Assembly: GCA_000934665.2 (NCBI GenBank)
Contig: JYFJ02002955.1
Coordinates: forward strand, 1 to 48,680
From: Catajapyx aquilonaris
Lineage: Eukaryota
Length of the DNA: 48,680 nt
Direction of reading: 5' to 3'
Below the pieces are notes generated by a model. That model ran no database searches. It was not told where the DNA came from and was given only the letters and a program-made list of their open reading frames with translations. Both the position numbers and the translations under genes were made by a program. Of the stretch, positions 39,294-48,680 are shown piece by piece. How positions within the stretch are numbered: the stretch's first letter is position 1; each line of letters begins with the position of its first letter.

Positions 39294-41631
39294 TCGAGGC
39301 TGTCTGCTGGCTTGTGCATTTTTGTCGCTTACAATGTACAGTCTTGTAATCAGATGTTTTCTTCAAATTTTTGTATAGGGACCACTTGTATTGTATCAGA
39401 CAAAAAGATCCGGACAATGTAACCTTTCATGGCCTGGGTTGCCTCGGATTCTCCAAAAAATGAAAGCAACCATTTGTCCCGGATATTTTTGCTCGGTATA
39501 GTACCTCTTGACGTTATCTGGACGTTTTTCTACAAGAGTTATGCACTTTTATAATTTTTCTACAAATTTTTCCTCCGTACTTTGATACTTGTTTTGTCCT
39601 CCCAAGGGTTGGATTCATTTTTAAAAAAGAGGTACGTCTGTTTACTCCTGTTTCTTGGTATACTATCTGTGCCTCCCACTGTCCCTCCTCTCCATCTCAA
39701 CCCAAACCTTGTGGCCTTAGTTGCCTCAGCTCATCCCAAAAAAAACCTAACCTAACCAAATATACTGTGATTGAACAGGAGTTACCTTCTTTTTTTCTAT
39801 TATGAATCCAGCTCCATGTGTTAGATTTTCCTCTTCGAACAAAGTGTGGACGAAATAGTTTCAAAACATATAGTTTCAAACGTGTCATTTGTGTTAGTTA
39901 ATTGTGTTGTTGTATCAGTTAAAAGGCATGGGTGAGATTTTTTTTTTTTTTAAAGGGGGGAGCACCTTGGATGCTCATATGAAATGCTCTTAGAGCTGGT
40001 TTCACCACAAATAACTGCCAGTTAAGCTAACTATCAGAAATGCGTTTAACTTAACCTTTTGGTTAGTGTTGTTGCCAAAAAAAAATGTCAACAATAGCAG
40101 AGGGTGTCTCTTGGCACATTTCCTGTTGGCTCTGATTCCCTCTGGTAACCGGCTTAACTAACAGTTTTAAAAAAGGTGGAACTGGCGATTAGACTAGTTA
40201 TACTAGCTTTAATGTGAAGGGTTGCAACGTATTCTGTACATAACTGTTTGCTTGGAACCGAAGCAATCCTTCGTTGTTGACGTGGCTGGACTTGTTAATG
40301 GCATTTGAAATTTTTAAGTTTGCCGACCTATCAGGGATTGTCTATGCCGATTCGTTTCTTCTGAGGCCTTGCATAGCATCGTACAGTGCTGGATTATTAA
40401 TGGTGTTGTACTAGTGGCACCATGAACCGTCGGCGGCGAACGAATGAACCGATTTGCTCTTTTACCGCCATTGGCTTGTGGCGTCACCAGTACGTCGTTG
40501 AGTTAAAAGTGTGGGCGATCCTGTTAAATAATTATTGTTAACAGTACCTCCAGTCGAGAGCCAACTCTGTTCAGCTTCCATTTGCATCCTCCCCCCAATT
40601 GCAATTTAATTTCATGTGTGAATATTCAAATGAAGCTGAGCAATAGTGTGGTTGAGCAACGATACTTGAACTGAACTTATTTTGTGGACAAAAATAAAAT
40701 GGCCAGGATATGTCAGACTGAAGTCGAGCACCACCGATTGAAATTTAAAAAAAAAGAGAGTAAGAAGCTGATGCCAACCTTACTATATATCCCTAATTAC
40801 CTAGTCATACCCTCTAATCAAACTGAGGCCCCCTTCCACGTACCCCCAAATAAAAAGAACCAAAGTGCGGACCTGTGAACCAAAAAAATACCAAACTAGG
40901 AGTGATAGCGAAAAATTTCCACAACGTGCAATACACAGTAACGTTTTAGGTGCTCAATTATTATTTTTCCCCCCCTTTCAATTATCCTTAACCTCTAATG
41001 ACCCCTGATATCACAAGTCAGTGCACTTTATTTTTGTTGTACAGTGCGTAGAACATGAGGACTGACCCGCCATTACAGTTTTTTTTGTGTGTGTGTGTGT
41101 GGCAGTGACTTTTGTCATCGGACAGCCAAATTTGGAAGGCTGTGCCATCCACTTTTTTTAAAACATTTTTTTTTTGTAGTTTCCTTGTCCTGCCTTCTGA
41201 TGTACAGAAAAAAAAATCTGTCTAGTCTGCATTGTTGCCCCTTCCCCCTTCGCCAACACAGGCGTGATTGTTGCACTCACGCCTGTAAAATAATCATATC
41301 CCCGCCTACAGGGTGTCGGGGGGGACATCGCTTTTTTTCAGTCGGATCTGTGATCAGCTTGAAAGCGAACAAGTGCAGTGGTTTTTTTTTTTCAAAACAA
41401 AAACTAAAGAGGTGCAAATATGTTTTGACTCCTCAGTGACAACACTACATGGTGGTAACTTCCGTTTCGGTTTGTTTTCATCAAAATCTTCTTTCGAGAA
41501 AGAGTTTGTTGAAAAAGTCAAAATAATAATAATAATAAGGACATATGATCCCTTTGGGGGGAGATGTCACCGCCTCAACGCCTCGTGGCTTTGTCACATT
41601 TTTTGTGTTATGTCATTTCTTTATGGAGTGT

Positions 41632-42049
41632 CATCGGATGTGAATTGTTGTCTCCTAGATGTGACATCACACTGGTTTTAATTCGGTACAAAACTGCAAT
41701 AATGTATACCGAGTGTTTCGCAACTAGGACGCAAGCAACGTGAATGTCATTTTTTTTAAAGATTTAATCTGAAACGCCTGAGAATTTTTCAGGATTGTTG
41801 TTCTTGGTTACTTATGATCATAATAGTGACCTGGAACAAATAATTGCTGCGCTTTTCATGTTTGCATAAATAAATTCGCTAAATAATTTCCGATTATTTA
41901 CCAAACTAGGCTTCAGATTGATTCCTTTATGATACGCAGGGACTGTTCAGACTTAGTTGCGGGATACACTCAGTAGTATCAATACTTATCATGTAGTCCA
42001 CAATCGACACTCATTGTCACATCAGGAGACAACAATGCCACACACCGAT
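41632..42049. mobile_element. Nested inverted-repeat elements (TA-flanked mariner-like MITE inside an older IR element)
   Basis: Outer attgttgtctcct.gatgtgaca / tgtcacatcaggagacaacaat; inner TA|ccgagtgtttcgcaacta / tagttgcgggatacactcag|TA. Confidence 0.55.
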
Positions 42050-44825
42050 CCCTGACTACTGTACATTACTATCGAATCATACCCGTATCGGTTAACAATC
42101 CGGACACACGAGTCTCGGGGAAGTGAGAAGAGTTACTTTGCCGCCGTGTTAGAGGCAATATTTTTTGCCAAGTGCCTGTAAAATCTTGCCGACGTACGTA
42201 TGCAGTGTCTGTATCTGCCAGATTAACTTTTCAAAACAAAAAAATTTGCGAGAGAGAGTGAGAGAGAGAGAGAGAGAGATAACTACAAAGACGATTATTG
42301 AGTGTGTGTTGTATTTTGGGACGAGCCTTTTTTTGGGGGGGTTCCGGAGTGAAACACAAACCAACCAAAAACCAAGCAGCTAACGTCCCATCTTTAAAAA
42401 AAAAAATCAGCTGCTTCCCGAACTTCTAGTCCGAGATAGGTGCAGAAAACTTAGTTCCTTATTTTGAAAAAGAAGAGAAATAATTGAGAAAAAACCACCC
42501 GCTCCCATTTCCAATCCCACCTCTTCATTCCCAATCCCATTATTTGCTATTTAAAAAAATAAAAAAAAATGACTCGTATCAGTGAGAGGCCAACAGGGTA
42601 GTTGAACCCTCAAAAAGGAAATAAAAGCCATACCTTCCTACAATAGTTGTCACAGATCATACCACATCACCAAGATTTTTTTGGTTTCAAAGGAAAATGT
42701 CACTAGTAAAGTCACATATTTGGACAATGCCACAAATAAGCTCAACATAATCTTAGTGACGTGGTAAGAAATGTGCTTTCTTTTTCCCCCCCCGATTCAG
42801 TCATATAGTCGCAAACTCTGCAGTACGCAATCTTTTTAAAAAAATTGTTTTTAAACTACGAGAGAGAAAAAAAACTCACAAAAAAGTCAAAAAGGCGTGT
42901 TACTTTCTAGTCAAAATAGTAGGGTCGTGCTAAAAATCAGGAGAGATAATAATTATTACTAAAAAATTTACAAGCAGCAGCAGGTAAATAATTTCAGTAG
43001 GAAACGGTGTCTAGTGCTATCTAGGCAGATTGACTGTTAGCCCTCAAAACCCGAGAGAAACTTTAAAGTGAGAAAAAAAAATTTGAAAAAAAAAATGTAA
43101 AGACAATGTACATACCATCATCGTATTAGGTGACACGTAATGTACGTACTTCTTACGGCAGAGTTTTTAAAAACTCAAAGAGGATCCCCCCTCCCTCCAC
43201 TTCCCATCCTCCCAAATTTTTTGAAGCGTGTGTAACCCACGATAGGGCAGTAGGTCCGAGTCTTAAAAGCGCATTCACACGATTGCTTTTTTATTATTTA
43301 AAAAAATGAGCTTTAAAAGTAGTCATAACTTAGCCTAACCATGATCACCACCAGCGATTAGTAGCAGCGACAAAAAAATGGCAGCGCTCTATTCAAATCG
43401 CTGCTATCTTCAAATAGCGATAATTGGCTGCTATGCTATTATCACCCTCCAAAAATCGGCGGCAGTGATTGGTTACAATAACATTTAACCGAATTTCTCT
43501 CTAATGAGGGCAGAAAAAAATTCGCAAATATTTCCTCCCCCCCCNCCCCAAAAAAAAAAATAACAGAAAAATGCTCGCATGTAATTAAAAGCGATTGTGT
43601 GAATGCGCTGTTATTTTAAGGCAAAGAAATATATATATCTCTCGAGAAGTCGACTCCTCTTCCCTATTGTAGTTTCCCTACAGGCTTCACCTTCCCCTTC
43701 CTCTTCCCTCCTTCCCCCCTCCCCCAAAAATTCATGCACTGACAAACAATGGACAAATTATAATTGTTTAATCGACTTTACCCGTTCTCCGAATCCGATG
43801 GTCATTTTATGATTAGAGAGTATTGCACTTTGATTGGCATCGTTAAAAAAATACATCCCGTGAGTGATTTTTCTGCCTTCCCATCTCTCCCCTATTCCCT
43901 CTCAGATGTGGAAAAATATATATTTATTCCAAAAGTGGAAAAAAATGACAACAAGAGGACGTTTCAAATTGTTAATTTGTATTTGTTGTTGCGATCTGGG
44001 TTATTTAATGCCATTATTCTTATATAATCCGAGTTGAGGTATAAGATGATTATAAAAAAAGAGGTGATTAAGATTTTAAAAAAAGAGAAGATGAAGAAAA
44101 AACTACTTTCTGACTGAAAGAGAGCACATAGCCTTTTAGCGTATATCTGCTGTACGTACCTTTTGTAGAATGGAATAGAATATTTTATAAAAATAATGCC
44201 ATTTTGTACCCCACGTTTGAGTTGCAATATAGCGACATAAATCTCAGATGTTTCTTGTGGTCTCGTTTATTTCCTGGTTTATTACATGTGGTTCATCTCA
44301 GCTCAACAATTTGCTGGAAGTGTGGACTGAAATTACCCTTCAACAACAACAACAACAACAGCACGTATGTACTGTATCGGGTTCGAATACTTTTGTAAAA
44401 GTACTACACCAAAGATATTACCGTAGTAGTCTTATTCCAGGATCCAGGAAAGAACAATACCAGTTTTACCTAATGGCAACATTGTGACATTGTTGACTCG
44501 CTGATTCATGAACGTTCTTGATATAGTTTTAAAATATGCTAATTTATGTTCTTTCAATATTTTTTAACAAATCCGGCCCCTAAACATGAAAATTGCCTTT
44601 TTTGCTGATTCGAAATGGCCACACCATTCACGCAACCCTTCAGCTTCTAACATTTTACGTGGGACCTAATTTCTGCTCAAAAGAGTACCATAAATATTTT
44701 GATGGAACAACCACTCTCACTTATGTCCACTATTAGTTTTGACCCCCTCCTTTATTCACATATTATTCATTGACACAAGCCTACTTAGGGAAATGCTTTG
44801 GCTCTCTCAACTGGATAATTTTGTA

Positions 44826-44841
44826 GGCCCTGAAAAGGGCC
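44826..44841 (-). terminator. Histone mRNA 3' stem-loop of the inverted H4 copy
   Basis: ggccctgaaaagggcc is the reverse complement of GGCCCTTTTCAGGGCC. Confidence 0.88.
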
Positions 44842-44880
44842 GTTGGTTTGAGTTGTCTACTGGCAGGGTCACCCAATGAT

Positions 44881-45201
<321 letters not shown>

Positions 45202-45614
45202 TCAAGTTGGCTGCCGTGGTGCGACCCTATCTGGACAGAAGTCGGCTGCAGAATGAGTTCCCCGGAGCTGAGAGTCGCATTTAAATAGTCTGCGCGCGGA
45301 CCTTGTGGGGGACGTGTGTGCAGCCAATCACAGATCAGGGCGGGCTGGGCCCACACCACCACCCTTCCCCACTCTTTTTTTTCGTTTCGGTTTCCCGCCT
45401 TTTCTTGTTTCCCGCCCTTTTCTTTTGTCGTACCGTTTATCAGTGGTGAATTACGTGTACTGCTGTGTACTCTATACACGAAAATACCGTTATGATAATA
45501 GCATAGCCAGCAATATAGGCATATCTGGATGCACGCACCGACAATAATGCATACAGTAGGCCTGTAGCAATTTTAATAGAGATTCGGTCAATATTGGAAA
45601 ATAATACCAACATA

Positions 45615-46754
<1,140 letters not shown>

Positions 46755-46793
46755 ATCGTGGGGTGACCCTGCCAGTAGACAACTCAAACCAAC

Positions 46794-46833
46794 GGCCCTT
46801 TTCAGGGCCTACAAAATTATCCAGTTGAGAGAG
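46794..46833 (+). terminator. Histone mRNA 3' stem-loop plus purine-rich downstream element
   Basis: GGCCCTTTTCAGGGCC (46794-46809) matches the metazoan histone stem-loop consensus, preceded by an AC-rich flank. GAGAGAG at 46827-46833. Confidence 0.9.
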
Positions 46834-47083
46834 CCAAAGCATTTCCCTTAGTAGGCTTGTGTCAATGAATAATATGCGAATAAAGGAGGGGGTCAAAACT
46901 AATAGTGGACATAAGTGAGAGTGGTTGTTCCATCAAAATATTTATGGTACTCTTTTGAGCAGAAATTAGGTCCCACGTAAAATGTTAAAAGCTGAAAGTT
47001 TGCGTGAATGGTGTGGCCCTTTCGAATCAGCAAAAAAGGCAATTTTCATGTTTAGGGGCCGGATTTTTTTTTTTAAATATTGA

Positions 47084-47365
47084 ACGGCCTCTGATTGGCT
47101 GAGGTGGTTTTTAGCGCCAAAACGCAGCAACTGCCATCAAAACCCGGAGACTAAGTACTTGCAATAAATGGCTAATTATTTTGACAAAATTGATAATTTG
47201 CAACCAAATAAAAACACGGTAACAATGACATACTTTTTTTTTTGGTTGCAAGTTATCAATTTTGTCAAAATAATTAGCCATTTATTGCAAGTACTTAGTC
47301 TCCGGGTTTCGATGGCAGTTGCTGCGTTTTGGCGCTAAAAACCACCTCAGCCAATCAGAGGCCGT
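47084..47365. repeat. ~280-bp palindrome of the H3 upstream/promoter region
   Basis: acggcctctgattggctgagg...ttgcaaccaaa vs tttggttgcaa...cctcagccaatcagaggccgt. Arms ~130 bp, ~19-nt spacer, few mismatches. Confidence 0.95.
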
Positions 47366-47400
47366 CTCTTCCCCCAAGGCGGTAACCTGTTGGTATAAAA
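47351..47400 (+). promoter_or_regulatory. H3 promoter (CCAAT box and TATA box)
   Basis: ccaatcag at 47351 and tataaaa at 47394-47400, ~100 nt upstream of the H3 ATG. Confidence 0.7.
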
Positions 47401-47503
47401 GGGCCACACTCTCGGGGCGGGAGGGGGAGCATCATTCCTGCCTTGACCTTCGGAGAGGACGCATCGCTCGACCACCACTGTCGCCCGCTCTCTCCACGAA
47501 GCC

Positions 47504-47916
47504 ATGGCCCGCACTAAGCAGACCGCCGGCAAGTCGACCGGAGGGAACGTCCCCCGTAAGCAGCTGGCCGCCAATAAGGCATCCCGCAAGAGCGCCCCTG
47601 CCACCGGAGGGGTGAATAAGCCCCACCGATACCAGCCAGTTTCCGTGGCCCATCGGGAGATCCGCCGCTACCTGAAGAGCACCGAGCTGCTGATCCTGAA
47701 GCTCTCTTCCCAGCGCTTGATCCGCGAGATCGCCCAGGACTTCAAGAACGACCTGCACTTCCAGAGCTCGGCCGTGATGGTCCTGCAGGAGGCCTCGGAG
47801 GCCTACCTGGTGGGCCTGTTTGAGGACACCAACATCCACGCCATACACGCCAAGAGGTCACCATCATACCCAAGAACATCCAGCTTGCCCGTCGCATCCG
47901 TGGGGAGAGGGCCTAA
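47504..47916 (+). pseudogene. His3: Degenerate replication-dependent histone H3 with a 1-nt deletion near the C-terminus
   Basis: [14 protein letters not shown]... with canonical-type A31 and SAVM(87-90). About 20 substitutions and one extra codon. A G is missing at ~47857; the shifted frame reads [19 protein letters not shown] with TAA at 47914-47916. Confidence 0.9.
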
Positions 47917-47973
47917 ACCAAATGCGTTCTTTTAAGGAAGGACCACCAGTGCCAGTTTTAAAACAAACAGTCA

Positions 47974-48018
47974 TTTTAAAGGCTCACACACTTATGATAA
48001 GTGTGTGAGCCTTTAAAA
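47974..48018. repeat. Perfect 45-bp hairpin downstream of H3
   Basis: ttttaaaggctcacacacttat-g-ataagtgtgtgagcctttaaaa (22-bp arms). Confidence 0.95.
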
Positions 48019-48423
48019 GGACGTCCCGAATTTTCCGGGACAGTCCCGAATTTTCACCCTTTGTCCCGAATTTTTTCAAGGGTCATTCGGGACGCCCATT
48101 TGTCCCGAATTCGGCCAAGTTGTTCCGGAAAGGAATGAATAAGTGTATTCGTATGGTGTCACATTTCGAAACTAACCATGTCCCATGCAAAAAAATCTGA
48201 AGTTAGCAAAATTCTTTTTTTGCTTGCTTGGGACAAAATAATGCTGCCACTGATTCTCCCTCATTAATAGCGTGTGGACCAGTGACAAAAGTAAACTTAG
48301 TGTGGAAACTCTAAAGGCAATGTTAGTGACTAAGGTCAATGATGAAACTTGTGTTGGGTTTTTTAAATGCTTCTGACAAAGAAAGACCTCCTTAAGAAAA
48401 TTCACAGCTCTGGAAAATACTAC
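48019..48423 (+). mobile_element. Degenerate hAT DNA transposon: subterminal GTCCCGAA repeats and transposase C-terminal dimerization-domain remnant
   Basis: Repeated gtcccgaatt/cgggac motifs at 48019-48130. Frameshifted translation of ~48191-48423 gives NLKLAKFF..CLLGT..NAAT..FSLINSVWTSDKSKLSVETLKAMLVTKVN..C..F..LLKKIHSSGKY, resembling the hATC ERxFS region. Confidence 0.72.
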
Positions 48424-48680
48424 AGCAGCTTGGCTTCTGCTTCTCATTGCTAAAGTAAGTACTACATACTTCACATATAGATGATGATGGTAAATAAATT
48501 GTGAATGTTCTAAGTAACACCTTGCTTTGTCAGATTGGCTTAGGACATCTGGGCTTGCTTGTAGTACATCTCATTGCCCTAATAAGGAATGTTCATTTGC
48601 TTTAAGTGGAAATAAACTAGGTGGCATACTTTCATTGGTCTTTTACCAATCACTCTCTCTACAACAAACACCCCCCCCCC

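Noticed and set aside
39064..39378. Poly-Leu and poly-Tyr ORFs
   Set aside because: They are translations of the (ATT)n microsatellite.
43545..43545. Single N inside a poly-C run
   Set aside because: Assembly ambiguity in a homopolymer, not a biological feature.

Overview
Eukaryotic, intron-rich DNA, most likely from an arthropod. The + strand carries the 3' part of an HCN/Ih hyperpolarization-activated cyclic-nucleotide-gated channel gene as 8 coding exons (17928-38198) with GT-AG sites and consistent phases. They run from S1 through the CIGYG pore, the C-linker/CNBD and the C-terminus, and include a basic 36-aa cassette-like exon in the S4-S5 linker. I did not find the N-terminal exon(s), so 1-17927 is probably one large intron. 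Introns are dense with palindromic MITEs, DINE-1-like repeats and minisatellites. Two things stand out. (1) The HCN stop codon (TAA-C) is followed by 70 in-frame, strongly GC3-biased codons, a stop-codon readthrough candidate. (2) Downstream lies a rearranged histone orphon with three fold-back palindromes. The largest is a ~2.5-kb inverted duplication of a divergent H4 gene (one intact copy, one frameshifted) centred on a mariner-type MITE. It is followed by a palindromic H3 promoter, a degenerate H3, a 45-bp perfect hairpin and a hAT transposase remnant.
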